Shown in pieces: positions 1 to 11,457 of a DNA stretch of 64,000 bases. The translations under genes were made by a program, and so were the position numbers. The DNA comes from Squalus acanthias (taxonomy: Eukaryota). The notes under the pieces were generated by a model, which worked only from the letters and a program-made list of their open reading frames with translations, searched no databases and was not told the origin of the DNA. The DNA lies in assembly GCA_030390025.1 (NCBI GenBank), contig CM059433.1, forward strand, positions 19,594,001 through 19,658,000, written 5' to 3'. The stretch's first letter is position 1; every line of letters begins with the position of its first letter.

Positions 1-800
1 GGTCTTGGACAGATTTGTATGCACCTTTGGAAGTGGCTTAGTGAGTTGCAGTGAATGGCAAGACATAACGGTACCCCCCGCAATGGTGATGAGTGTGAAA
101 GGAATGGCTTGGGCATTGCAGGGATGCTGTATGGTGTTGGTGTGGGGTGGTGCCAACCTGACGCATCACGTGGCAGTCACATGGGTGTACAGTGTAAAAT
201 TAACTAAATCTGGCCATGATGAGGCCATCCCTGGCCTCTCGGGCAGCAATGTGGTCGGGTGCTGTTGCCCTCTGTCCTGTGCAGCATCGGTTGATTGCGG
301 AGAAGGTTGGTGTTGTTGTTGGTGCTGCTGGTGTGCCTGGTGCTGCTGGTGTTGGGGCTCATTGTGGTCAGATTCTGAGGACCAAGGTGAGACAGTATAA
401 ACAGCACCCATGCTGATGGAATAGATGGCAGGTGAAGTACAGATGACAGAAGCATTCTGTCAATGGTGAGAGAGTTCTTCCAATGAGGTGAGACTGGATG
501 GAGACTTTGCTGGAAACAGAGCTTTTACTGTACATTTGATGCTGTCAAATAATCAGCTGGAGCAATGGCTACTGAACTCCTGCCTCAGGTTGACAGATGT
601 GCTTCCTGAGCTGCGTGAATCCCATGGCCATGCAGAGAACTTTAAAAAGTAAGTGAAAAAAGGCTCTCAAGTGCCTGTAAACTACCTGATAATTATTTCA
701 ATTGGGTCACCCGCCGCTGCCGGTCGAGTCGGCTCTGCGATGACAGACTGGCCGGGGCAAAGGCGTGTGGGAGCGGGATGACGGCGGGTTCATTGACTGA
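1..800 (-). mobile_element. Degenerate Harbinger transposon remnant (transposase N-terminal leader and upstream region)
   Basis: Minus ORF 166..411 (MGAVYTVSPWSSESD..QQ-rich) resembles the leader preceding the Harbinger transposase at ~52500-52650 (MSADYAALDWTSDEEQH); GC-rich end near 700-800. No catalytic motifs seen. Confidence 0.4.
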
Positions 801-1279
801 GGCCTCTGCTTTAGAGAAAACAAATCCTTCTGTCACTGCACCGGAAAGCTGAATGGCTTCTTTTGTTGCTTCGAGTAATATGTCACTGAGATTTGATACC
901 GCCACAGACAAAAAAATTATTGCTTAATTGAAATGTAAGCACAGATGGAGGCCATTTCTGCTTATTGCACCTTTGTCACTTTGAGATCCACACTGGAGTT
1001 ATCTACTCGTTTCCTCTATCCTTTAATATTTTTCTTCTTCAACTGTCTATCTAACTAAATCTTAAATATTGTGATTGACTCTGCATCAACAGACAGATGT
1101 AGTAATGTGTTCCATATTCTAAAATAGGAGACATAGTAAATAATTCTGAGGGCCGAAGGAAGTTGCAAAGGGATATTGATAATATGGTGGAATGAGCAAA
1201 AAAGTGGCAGATGGAATTCAATGTTAGTAAATCTGAGGGGACACATTTTGGTAAAAATAATAGAAGTAATGACAGGCAA

Positions 1280-1371
1280 GGTGTTAAATTTTGTCTCATA
1301 GTACTCCTGTGAAGCACCTTGGGATGTTTTACTACACTAAAGGTGCTATATAAATGCAAGTTGTTGTTGTT
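1280..1371 (+). mobile_element. L2-type LINE 3' tail
   Basis: ctcctgtgaagcaccttgggatgttttactac...tatataaatgcaag(ttg)n matches the L2 3' end at 9510-9610. Confidence 0.75.
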
Positions 1372-1589
1372 ATGGAGGTGTACCACCTCTGAGTTTGAGG
1401 GACACCATCCTCAACAAGAACAAGCAGAGCTGCATGGGAAGAGGTCTTAGAGCAGGTAAGTATAACATATAAAGTTATAGCCTTCCAGATAACATAGAAG
1501 GCCCTCCCAGAGCTTGTTACGGTATGTTAGTCCTCTACTTATCCATTTGTACTAACCTGCAATGTTCTGCCTGAAACACACATACTGTC

Positions 1590-1807
1590 TGACATGAATC
1601 TTGTCATTCATGTATGAAATAATACTGGGCGGCCTGCTGGTGGCGCTGTCCAGGGAGAGTATAAATACTCGGGCATGGGCCCAGCTTGCTCAGGACATTC
1701 TTTAACAGGAACTAGGAAAGGACACAACTAGACCTCCATGTTGAAAAACAGTTGATTAAAGCTTTGTTTAACGTTTAGACCAAGTGCCTGGTAGTTTTCT
1801 TACGTCA
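1590..1807 (+). mobile_element. Short solo LTR (218 bp), copy 1
   Basis: TGAC...GTCA termini, TATAAA, ATTAAA; flanks ctgtc/ctgta (5-bp TSD, 1 mismatch); near-identical inverted copy at 55909-56137. Confidence 0.8.
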
Positions 1808-2277
1808 CTGTATATCCTTTTACCTTCATCAGTTTCTTACTCACTTGGAATGCTTTCTTCTCTTTACCTACTCCTTGCCTGGAACCCTTTTACCTTTAGC
1901 AGGTAAGCCCTTCAAACAATCCCTCACTGCACTTTTGCCAGGTTTCTTCACTTGGCAAGTACCTTGGAGGTGAAGTGGATATGGACTCATTCTTATCTTG
2001 CTGCTCAACAGGTGGCAACAAATACACATGCTGTGCCTTTTGTTCTGACCCCTCTGTGGCCCCTTTCCTCTGCTACTGCTGGATCAGTTTCTCCCATCCT
2101 CCATCACAAGATGAGCTGCCAGAATTGCTAAAGGGATGGCCATAGGGTGGGTCAAGTTGGGGTTTGACCAGGATAGGTGTCTGGAAGTTTTGGGTTGGGT
2201 TGGGGAGTCAATTTTCCAGACATATGTCTTCAAATGGCTGCTCCATTTCACATTTAAAAAGTACCCAGAAATTCTAA

Positions 2278-3170
2278 GGGGTAAAAATTCAGTTGGTTGC
2301 GCCTCCCGTTAGCGCCTTAAGAGGGCGCTAATGGGGCGCAAAGCCGCTAACGCCCGGGCGCAGCAATGTTTGCGCCGCTCGGGAACTTAACTTGACATTA
2401 TGCGGCGGCGCTAAAACTTACTGCTGCGACCACCTGCGCGCGCAGATTGTGACGTCATTCCATGGTGCAACGCCCTTGTGGCGCCCCGGAGCGGAAATTG
2501 AGTGGCGCCCCCTGCCTTACCGCCTGGCGCTTCCAACGACCAGAAGACTGGAACGCTATCAATCGCTGTGGGGCTGGGGGGGGCGCTATTTAAAGGGGGC
2601 CTCTTCCTGTCTTTTATTGTTGGTGGCATTTTTGAACTACGCATTCTGAGAGAGAGAGGGAGAGACTTCTGGAGAGATTCAACGTTGTGTGAAGGAGTTT
2701 TGGGTACTGAGCAGCACTTTGCAGGTTCATTTTGAGTTGCCATTCCTTGTATCGATTTAGCAGATTCTGTGGGAGCTGCACTCTGAGCTCTTGGCCTGGT
2801 ACTCTCCATTGTTCTTTCCAGCACATTTGATGTGCAAGTCTCTCCAGGCCGAGATTCAAGGCTGCAATGAACAGGATGTGGATGGAAAGCAAGATTAACC
2901 ATCCCCTTTAAGAACTGGCCCGTGCCATTGTGTGTGTGTTCCATTGCTGACTGACATTACATGAGCTTCGCCAGCGCTCTGAGTTAGCGCCTCACTGCTC
3001 GGTCTTTGCGCCTTAAGACAGGTGTGCAGCGCCTGCTTTAGCGCTCCACTCACCTCCCGGGGCGGTAAAAGTGAAGTTTCCAGTCAGTGCCGATAATTAG
3101 CGCCAGGCGCTAATATTTGCGTCCAGACGATATTTGCGCCCCAAATGGGGCGCGACCTAATTTCTACCCC
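2278..3170. mobile_element. Non-autonomous Harbinger/PIF element (893 bp)
   Basis: TIRs GGGGTAAAAATT / AATTTCTACCCC; TAA TSD both sides; subterminal TTAGCGCC motifs shared with the element at 3670-6517. Confidence 0.88.
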
Positions 3171-3247
3171 TAAGACTCTCACAAGTCAAAAGAAACCAAA
3201 AAATGACCTGGCACAACACAGAAGAAACAACAAGCTCAGCAAAGATG

Positions 3248-3669
3248 GATATAAACGATTTGGACGTGGGAATCGGAAGTACAATTCCAAAAATTGCGGA
3301 TAATACCAAATTAGGGGGTATAGTTAATACTGAGGAAGACTGCGACAAAATACAAGAAGACATTAATAAACTTGCAGAATGGGCGTGTAGTTGGAAAATA
3401 AATTTCAATATAGATAAGTGTGAGGTGGTGCATTTTGGTAGGAAGAATAAGGAGGCCGCATGCTGCTTGGAAAATAAGACTCTAAGTGGGGTTGAGGAGC
3501 AAAGGGGTCGAGAGATACAGGTACACAAATCACTAAAAGTAACGACACAGGCTAATAAGGCCATAAAAAAAAAACAAATCAAGCACTGGGGTTCATTTCT
3601 GGAGGGATAGAATTGAAAAGCGGAGAAGTTATGTTAAACTTGTACAGAACCTTGGTTAGACTACACTTA
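3248..3669 (+). mobile_element. CR1 LINE RT fragment, left part (split by Harbinger)
   Basis: INDLD..KIADNTKLGG..DKCEVVHFGRKN; ends at gttagactacac-TTA and resumes at 6518. Confidence 0.9.
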
Positions 3670-4147
3670 GGGGGAGAAATCGGCTGCCTTTGCGCCTCCC
3701 GTTAGCGCCTCCGGGGGGACCAACGGGGCGCTACTGGCTTTGCGACTGGGCGCAGTGCTCGTACCGATGCCCGCGAGATTGAGCTGGAGGTTTGCGGTGG
3801 TGGTAACCACTAGCGCCACGATCTCCTGCGCCCAGAGATCATGACGTTATCCGGGTGCGCAGCGCCCCGGCTCAGAAATTCACTCTCGCCTCCCTGCCTG
3901 AGCGCCTGCCGTTAACAACGACAGGTACGAGGCGGTTTGCAGTCGGATGAGCGCTGGGTGAGCTATATAAAGGGGTCAACTTCCGGGATTTTTTTGTCGG
4001 CAAACAATGCTGCCTTGTCAGTTTGACACAAGCAGACAGGCGTTTTGACCCATTTAGCCATTTTCAATTTGAAGGAGTGTTCTGGCTGTGAAAAATATAT
4101 CACTTTCATTTGGGTTACATTTGATAGTGCAACATTTCCATCATTTA

Positions 4148-5315
4148 ATGTATGCTGTACTGGCATTGGACCTCGCCCTCCAGCATCACTGTTGGAGGCA
4201 GCGGAGGCAGAGAGAAAGATTGCAAAACGTGGCCAGAGGGAGGAGGGCCAACAGGGCTCTCAACAGGAGACCTTACCCTCCTAGGGTATTCCAGGAGCAG
4301 TTCTCCTACATTCATCTGTCAGAGGAGCAGAGCCTTAGAAGGCTCCGCTTCAGCAAGGAGGTGGTCACAGAGCTCTGCCACCTCCTGCAGCCAGACCTCC
4401 AGCCTCAGCTCAGGACCAGGACGTCTCTCTCAGTGGCAGTGAAGGTCACAGTCGCTCTCAATTTCTACATCACCGGCTCCTTCCAGGCTTCAACAGGGGA
4501 TATTGCAAACATTTTGCAGTTCGCCATCCATTGCTGCATCCGGGAGGTGACAGATGCTCTGTACAGAAGGAGAAGGGAGTACATCTCATTCCCCATGACC
4601 AGAGAGAAACAGGATGAACGCTCATGTGGCTTTGCAAGGATAGCGGGCTTCCCCATGGTTCAGGACGCCATTGACTGCACCCACGTGGCATTGCGGGCAC
4701 CTCATCACAATGCAGAGGTGATCCGTAACCGCAAAGGCTACCACTCACTGAACGTTCAGTTGGTGTGTGACCACAGACAGCGCATCCTCGCCGTCAATGC
4801 CCGCTATCCTGGCAGCATTCATTCTGTGACAGACTGGTGTCCCAGCACTGTTCCACCCACCACATGAAGCTCGCGGCTGGCTGCTCGGAGACAAGGTTTT
4901 ATCCACTCGCCACCTGGCTGATGACACACCTCCGCAACCCGACACTCCTGCTCAGCACGCATACTATGACAGCCATAGCGCCATCAGGAACCTGATCGAA
5001 CACACTATTGGGGTGCTAAAGCAACGGTTCCACTGCCTTGACCGCTCTGGAGGAGTCCTGCAGTACTCCCCTGATCGAGTCTCCCTTTTCACCATTGTGT
5101 GCTGCATGCTGCACAACCTGGCCATTCTGAGGGCCCAGCCATTGCCACCAGGGATTGCAGGTCCACCTCAGGAGGAGGAAGAGGGAGAGGAGGAGGATGA
5201 GGCAGAAGAGGAGGATGAAGAGGAGGAGGAGCAGCAGCAACGGAGGAGGGAGACACTCAATCTTGCTTCTGCAAGGGCCGTTCGTGAGCGCCTCATTAGA
5301 CAGTGCTTCCAATAA
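4148..5315 (+). pseudogene. Harbinger (HARBI1-like) DDE transposase, frameshifted
   Basis: LSEEQSLRRLRF, VKVTVALNFYITGSFQ, AIDCTH, NRKGYHSLNVQLVCD, ARYPGS, then shifted WLLGDK, IEHTIGVLKQRFHCLD, CCMLHNLA and an acidic tail; small deletion and stop near 4815-4830. Confidence 0.92.
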
Positions 5316-5559
5316 ATGATATATCACATGGCGTTTGTGCAGCACAACCACATCATTACATCCAGCTCGCAGCCCCTACCACCAGGCAAAGCTCAAATGA
5401 GAAACATCACAAAATGTGCTACGTCAAATTAACAATTTATTATCGAACACAACTCTCTCTTATGAAACACAACTATTCATAAAGAAACACAACAATATAT
5501 TTACAAACACATCAATTTATTAACACACACTACCCCCATTTGCTAATAAAGTATTCTTT

Positions 5560-6330
5560 ACACCCCCTTCTTCAATGGTTTTCCTCCCCTTTGGAGTTCT
5601 CCCCGACCAACCATACTGCTCCTCCGTAATGTGGCCCCAGTGGCTGCAGCAAGGCTGGTGGAAGGCTGCTGAGTCTGGGAGCCAGAGACTGCAGATGGCC
5701 TTGCAGGACGCCTTCAACCAGCTCTGGGCCTGGAAGGCCCGGCTGCAGATTGCACTACCTCAGCATGGGCGGCAGCAGTCTGGGATGGCTGGGTTACAGG
5801 CTGCGACAAGTGCAATGGCAGAGTGGCAGTGGTGGGAGCAGGAATGCTGTCATCCTGAGAGAGGCCAGCACCTTCCTGCTCGACCAACACACAGCCACTC
5901 CCCCGGGGCATACCCTCAGCATCCGGCCTGCTGAGGCACCATGAGATCCCCGGTGGACTGTGGGCGACCCAGCGAAGATGGCAGCAGTCAGCGCTTGCGT
6001 GGCATCAAGCTGAGACTGCAACCACTGACTCCATTACAGCACTAAGCTGTTGCGTTGCTTCGGCCTGTGCTGCAGTAGCTGCTGCCACCTCACCCATGAC
6101 ATGCGGCATGAGGTCTCTGTCCCCACGGTCTCTCTGCGAGTCGACCATCGTTCGCAAACTGTGCAGAGATGAGTGCAATGTTGGTGGTGGACTCCTCCAC
6201 GTTCCTAGCCAGTGCATCCATGCTCTCAGGCACCCTTGCCATTGCACCCATGAGTTCGGTGTGCATGTCCATCGCCTGTGTGGTCATCGCCTCCAGGTCC
6301 TCATCTGAGTTCTGTGCAGCTGGAACTTGA
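5560..6330 (-). pseudogene. Probable C-terminal remnant of the convergent Harbinger partner (Myb/SANT-like) gene
   Basis: Antisense fragmented helical-looking ORFs (MDMHTELMGAMARVPESMDALARNVEEST) similar to 51279..51557 (MEESTSSM) in the other Harbinger; Myb domain itself absent. Confidence 0.5.
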
Positions 6331-6517
6331 TTAGCGCCCCGCTCTGTGAAGTTAGTGCCCTAAGAGAAGTGTGTAGCACTTGATTTAGCGCTCCACTTCC
6401 CTCTTGGGGCACTAAAACTCAATTTTGCGTTTGCCCACGCTAATTAGTGCCGGGCACTAAAGTTAGCGCCCAGGCGATGTTAGTGCCCCAAAATGGTCGA
6501 TACTGAATTTTTCCCCC

Positions 6518-7132
6518 TTAGAGTACTGTGCACAGTTCTGGTCTCCATATTATAAAAAGGATATAGAGGTGTTAGCGAAGGTGCAAAAATGATTTACAAG
6601 GATGATACCAGAACTGAAAGGTTATGCTTATCAGGAAAGATTGGGGCTCTTTTCTCTACAAAAGACAAGGCTGAGGGGTGACCTGATAGAGGTCCTTAAG
6701 ATTGTGAAAGGGTTTGATCGGGAAAATGTTTCCACTCTTTGGGGAGACCAAAACTGGGGGCTATAAATATAAGATAGTCACTAATAAATCCAATAAGGAA
6801 TTCAGGAGAAACTTCTTTTGCCAGCGAGTGATTAGAAAATGTGGAACTTGCTACCACAACAATAACAACAACAACAACTTCTATTTATATAGCACCTTTA
6901 ACGTAGTAAAACATCCCAAGGCGCTTCACAGGAGCGTTATCAAACAAAATTTGACACATAGGAGTAGTTGAGGTAAATAGCATAGAGGCATTTAAGGGGA
7001 AGCTGGATAAATAGATGAGGGAGAAAGGAATAGAAGGTTATGCTGATGGGGTTAGATGAAGATGGTGGGAGGAGGCGCATGTGGAGCATAAACCCTGGCA
7101 TGGATCTTTTGGGCCAAATGGCCTGTTTGTGT
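6518..7132 (+). mobile_element. CR1 3' part (continuation of 3248-3669), containing an antisense L2 tail at ~6857-6958
   Basis: LEYCAQFWSP..RLRGDLIEV..FRRNFF; CR1 3'UTR ggcctgtttgtgt, whose terminal repeat acattctatgtaattctatg resumes at 9611-9630. Confidence 0.88.
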
Positions 7133-7338
7133 CCATGCCTTTGTTACCTCTAGACTTTACTATTCCAACGCTCTCCTGACTGGCCTCCCACATTCTACCC
7201 TACGTAAACTTGAGGTCATCCAAAACTTGACTGCTCATGTCCTAACTCGCACCAAGTCCAATTCACCCATCACCCCTGTGTTCGCTGGTCTACACTGGCT
7301 CCCCGTTAAGCAGCGCCTCAATTTCAAAATTCTCATCC

Positions 7339-9177
7339 TTGTTTTCAAATCCCTCCATGGCCTCGCCCCTCCCTATCTCTGTAATCTCCTTCAGCCCCAC
7401 AAATATAAAAACTAACTCCAAAAGCTTTTATAAGTATATCAAGAGGAAAAGACTGGTGAAAACCAATGTTGGCCCATTGCAGTCAGATACGGGGGAATAT
7501 ATAACGGGAAATAAAGAAATGGCAGACCAACTAAATGCATACTTTGGGTCAGTCTTTACGAAGGAAGACACAAAAAACCTCCCTGGGATATCGGGAAAAA
7601 TAGGGACATTTGCAAAGGAGGAACTGACGCAAGTCAATATCTCTAAGGATATGGTGTTAAGGAAGCTAAAGGGATTGAAGGCGGACAAATCCCCAGGGCC
7701 TGATAACATGCATCCTAGGGTGCTGAAGGAGGTGGCCCTAGAGATAGCGGATGCACTAAGTATGATTTTTCAGAATTCATTAGACTCGGGAACAGTGCCC
7801 ATGGATTGGAGGGTAGCTAACGTTACCCCACTATTCAAAAAGGGGAGTAGGGAAAAAGCAGGTAATTACAGACCTGTAAGCCTTACATCAGTTGTGGGCA
7901 AAATGCTGGAGTCCATCATTAAGGATGAAATAGCGGAGCACTTAGCAAATGGGGACAGGATAGGACAGAGTCAACATGGATTTACAAAGGGTAAATCGTG
8001 CTTGACTAATCTATTGGAATTTTTTGAGGGAGTAACTGGTAAAATAGATGGGGGAGAGCCAGTAGATGTGGTGTACCTGGACTTCCAAAAGGCCTTCGAT
8101 AAGGTCCCACATAAAAGATTAGCAGGGAAAATTGAAGCTCATGGGATAAAGGGGAAAGTATTGACGTGGATAGAGAACTGGCTGTCAGATAGAAAACAGA
8201 GAGTTGGAATAAACGGCTCATTTTCTGAATGGCAGGCAGTAACAAGTGGGGTACCACAGGGATCTGTCCTGGGTCCCCAGCTGTTCACAATTTACATTAA
8301 TGACCTGGATCAGGGAGTCGGATGCAGCATTTCCAAATTTGCAGACGACACTAAACTAGGAGGGGGGGTGGGCTCAGAGGAGGAGACCAGGAAGCTCCAG
8401 AGCGATTTGGACAGACTGGGTGATTGGGCGGATAAATGGCAGATGCACTATAATGTGGACAAGTGCGAAGTTATCCACCTTGGGTGCAGGAACGGGAGGG
8501 CAAATTATTATTTAAATGGCAATAAATTGGGAGAGGGGGAAGTACAGAGAGACCTGGGTGTTCTTGTACACCAGTCACTGAAGGCGAGCATGCAGGTGCA
8601 ACAGGCGATCAAGAAGGCAAACGGTATGCTGGCCTTCATAGCAAAAGGGTTGGAATACAGGAACAGGGATACCTTGCTGCAGCTGTACAGGGCACTGGTG
8701 AGACCACACCTCGAGTACTGTGTACAGTTTTGGTCGCCTCATCTGAGGAAAGATGTTCTTGCCATGGAGGGGGTGCAGCGGCGATTCACCAGGCTGATAC
8801 CAGGAATGGCGGGATTGACCTATGAGGAGAGACTATGTAGTTTAGGGATGTACACACTGGAGTTTAGAAGATTGAGAGGGGACCTCATAGAAGTGTATAA
8901 AATTCTGACAGGTCTAGACAGACTAGATGCAGAAGGGATGTTTCCCTTGGCGGGTGAGAACAGAACTAGAGGACATAATTTAAGGATAAGGGCTAAACCA
9001 TTTAGGACAGAAATGAGGGGGAATTTCTTCACTCAGAGGGTGGTGAACCTGTGGAACTCATTGCCACAGAGGGCAGTGTACGCCAGCTCATTAAATATAT
9101 TTAAGAGGGAATTAGATATATTTCTACAGGCAAAAGGGGTTAAGGGTTACGGAGAGAAGGCGGGGACGGGATACTGA
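7339..9177 (+). CDS. CR1 ORF2 reverse transcriptase (endonuclease domain missing; first ~20 codons are L2-derived)
   Basis: [60 protein letters not shown]; 612 aa with no stop. Confidence 0.9.
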   Translation: MFSNPSMASPLPISVISFSPTNIKTNSKSFYKYIKRKRLVKTNVGPLQSDTGEYITGNKEMADQLNAYFGSVFTKEDTKNLPGISGKIGTFAKEELTQVNISKDMVLRKLKGLKADKSPGPDNMHPRVLKEVALEIADALSMIFQNSLDSGTVPMDWRVANVTPLFKKGSREKAGNYRPVSLTSVVGKMLESIIKDEIAEHLANGDRIGQSQHGFTKGKSCLTNLLEFFEGVTGKIDGGEPVDVVYLDFQKAFDKVPHKRLAGKIEAHGIKGKVLTWIENWLSDRKQRVGINGSFSEWQAVTSGVPQGSVLGPQLFTIYINDLDQGVGCSISKFADDTKLGGGVGSEEETRKLQSDLDRLGDWADKWQMHYNVDKCEVIHLGCRNGRANYYLNGNKLGEGEVQRDLGVLVHQSLKASMQVQQAIKKANGMLAFIAKGLEYRNRDTLLQLYRALVRPHLEYCVQFWSPHLRKDVLAMEGVQRRFTRLIPGMAGLTYEERLCSLGMYTLEFRRLRGDLIEVYKILTGLDRLDAEGMFPLAGENRTRGHNLRIRAKPFRTEMRGNFFTQRVVNLWNSLPQRAVYASSLNIFKRELDIFLQAKGVKGYGEKAGTGY

Positions 9178-9277
9178 ATTGGAGGATCAGCCATGATCTC
9201 ATTAAATGGCGGAGCAGGCTCGAAGGACCGGATGGCCTACTCCTGCTCCTATCTTCTATGTATCTATGTATCTATGT
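7401..9277 (+). mobile_element. Young 5'-truncated CR1 LINE inserted in L2
   Basis: Uninterrupted ORF2 RT region, 3'UTR gatcagccatgatc..ggcctactcctgctcct, tail (tctatgta)n. Confidence 0.95.
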
Positions 9278-9922
9278 AACCCCCCGAGATATCTGCGCTC
9301 CTCTAATTCTGCCCTCTTGAGCATCCCTGATTATAATCGCTCAACCATTGGTGGCCGTGCCTTCTGTTGCCTAGGCCCTAAGCTCTGGAATTCCCTGCCT
9401 AAACCTCTCCGCCTCGCTACCTCTCTGTCCTCCTTTAAGACGCTCCTTAAAACCTACCTCTTTGACCAAGCTTTTGGTCACCTGCCCTAATTTCTCCTTA
9501 TGTGGCTCGGTGTCAAATTTTTTATCTTATAATACTCCTGTGAAGCGCCTTGGGACGTTTTACTACGTTAAAGGCGCTATGTAAATACAAGTTATTGTTG
9601 TTGTTGTTGTACATTCTATGTAATTCTATGAGTTAATCTTTAAGAGGTTCCAGATGCTGTTGCACTGGGTCCATAACCTTCTGCTCAAGCTTTTTTTGGC
9701 GAACCCCAATGCCATTGTGCCAATAGTGTAAAGTAGTTCCAATTCTGGAGAAGCCCATACAATCTTCCAGAACTCCGAACGCGTATGCTCGTGAGCCTTG
9801 CACAAGAATCTTGCACCCTCCTGCGCAGAACTAGGGGCCGGTGTAGACCCGGCACAGGGATGAAATTCCACATTTCGATAGTCACTGTTTTACGCCTGGC
9901 AAAACAGACATACAAAGACAAG

Positions 9923-10366
9923 GGGCTGGATTTTGAATGACCCATGGAGTCGGGTTTGGAGGTGTGCGGGGGGTTAAATTTGCGGGGTCGGGGTTTCTGA
10001 CCCCATCCCGACTCCACGCAATTTTGACAAAATCAGTCACGGGGTTCCCGACTCTTTCCCGCCTCCAAGAGGCGGGAGAGGCCATTAAAGCCCTTAACAA
10101 GCCCTAAATTGGGTCTGTAATGCTATTTTGCAACGTTGTAGCTAGTTTAACCCTTTTCTGACGTGAAACACGCCTGGTGTGAAACACTCCAGTGAAACCT
10201 GGCGGGAGCACAAATGGATAGCTGACTATCGGCTGCAAGTCCACTATTACAACGGAGATGTGATGAAGGTAGTAGTAGTATTAGGTGTGAAAGTCACCTC
10301 TGATACTGCTACATTCAATGTCATGGCATTTGGTGTAAGAAGACTTGGATGCAAAAAATTCTCATT

Positions 10367-10397
<31 letters not shown>

Positions 10398-10661
10398 ATT
10401 TGCATCCAGGTCCACTCACATCAGAAGCAATGCAAACAGGTCCTCTCTCACCAGTAGCCAGGCAGTCAGCAATGATGACATCATCAGAGGCGGGTTTCAG
10501 ACTGAAACCACTAATTAGTTCATGGGTTCCCACATGCTGCAACTCAATTGCCCAATTAAGTGAAAATTGCATCAGGCATCCACATTAATCTGGAGTCGGG
10601 GGGGGAAACACGAAATGCGGATTACACGACCCCAACCCGACCCCAAGACAAAATCCAGCCC
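9923..10661. mobile_element. Harbinger-type MITE family A, copy 1
   Basis: TIR GGGCTGGATTTTG / CAAAATCCAGCCC; AAG TSD; homologous to 22342-23115 and 40081-40843. Confidence 0.9.
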
Positions 10662-10744
10662 AAGGTCTGCAATTATAATTATACAAACTGGGACACATCT
10701 CCTACAGCTTGCACATCACCCATGCTAATCATCTCCATGATAGT

Positions 10745-11457
10745 GGGCTGGATTTTCATTGTCCTGTGGAGACGGGTTTGGAGGCGTGTGGGGGGTTAAA
10801 ATTGCGAAAACTGGTGGGCGGGCACAAGTCCGCCTCCATCCCGCCTCCACGCAATTTTCATTAAATCGTGTCTGCTGGTCCCGACTCCGTCCCGCCTTTA
10901 AGAGGCGGGATAGGTTGTTACGGCCTTTAACAAGCACTAAATTGGCTCTATAATGCCATTTTGAAAGGCCTTTGTGATTTTAACCCTTGTTTTACGTGAA
11001 GTACGCCTGTTCTGAAACACGATTGTGAAACCTGGCGGGAGCACATTTCGAAAGCTGACTATCAGCTGCAGGTCCACTATTACAATGGAGAAGTAGTAGT
11101 AGGAAAAATATCTGGGAGCAGACGTAGGGGGGGGGAGGGGGGGGGGGGGGGGGGTGGGGGGGGTGGGGGGGGGTGGGGGGGGGTGGGGGGGTGGGGGGGG
11201 GGGTTTCTCTCTCTCTCTCTCTCCCATCCAGGTCCTCTCACAGCAAAGGCCAGGAAGTCTCTGAAGACATTCAATGCAGCAGCAATGATGACATCATCAG
11301 AGGCGACTTTCAGACTGAAAACACTAACTGGGTCATGGGTTCCCACATGCTGGAACTTAATTGCCCAATTAGGTTAAAATTGCATCAATCTCCCACATCC
11401 AATTGCAGTCGGGTGGATGACACGACCCCAACCCGCCCCAGTATCAAAATCCAGCCC
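10745..11457. mobile_element. Harbinger-type MITE, related subfamily B
   Basis: Same TIR GGGCTGGATTTT; AGT TSD; colinear with family A over most of its length. Confidence 0.88.
11127..11223 (+). repeat. 77-nt G-rich tract followed by (CT)n
   Basis: G runs broken by single A/T, 11127-11203, then (CT)n. Confidence 0.9.

Larger units (their letters stand above)
3670..6517 (+). mobile_element. Harbinger DNA transposon (2.85 kb, defective) inserted in CR1
   Basis: TIRs GGGGGAGAAAT / ATTTTTCCCCC; TTA TSD; removing it restores the CR1 peptide VRLHLEYCAQFW. Confidence 0.93.
7133..9610 (+). mobile_element. L2 LINE 3' fragment (7133-7400 and 9278-9610) interrupted by a CR1
   Basis: HAFVTSRL..SNALL..LHWLPVKQRLNFKILILVFKSLHGLAPPYLCNLLQPH | NPPRYLRSS..GGRAF..LWNSLP..FKTLLKTYLF; tail (ttg)n. 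Confidence 0.92.

Noticed and set aside
4088..5315. Host HARBI1 gene
   Set aside because: Frameshifted, intronless and enclosed by TIRs and a TTA TSD inside a CR1, so it is a transposon copy.
7339..9177. Prokaryotic RT system (retron, group II intron, DGR)
   Set aside because: Motifs and 3'UTR/tail are those of vertebrate CR1 LINEs; the other RTs are PLE, RTE, L2 and Vingi types.
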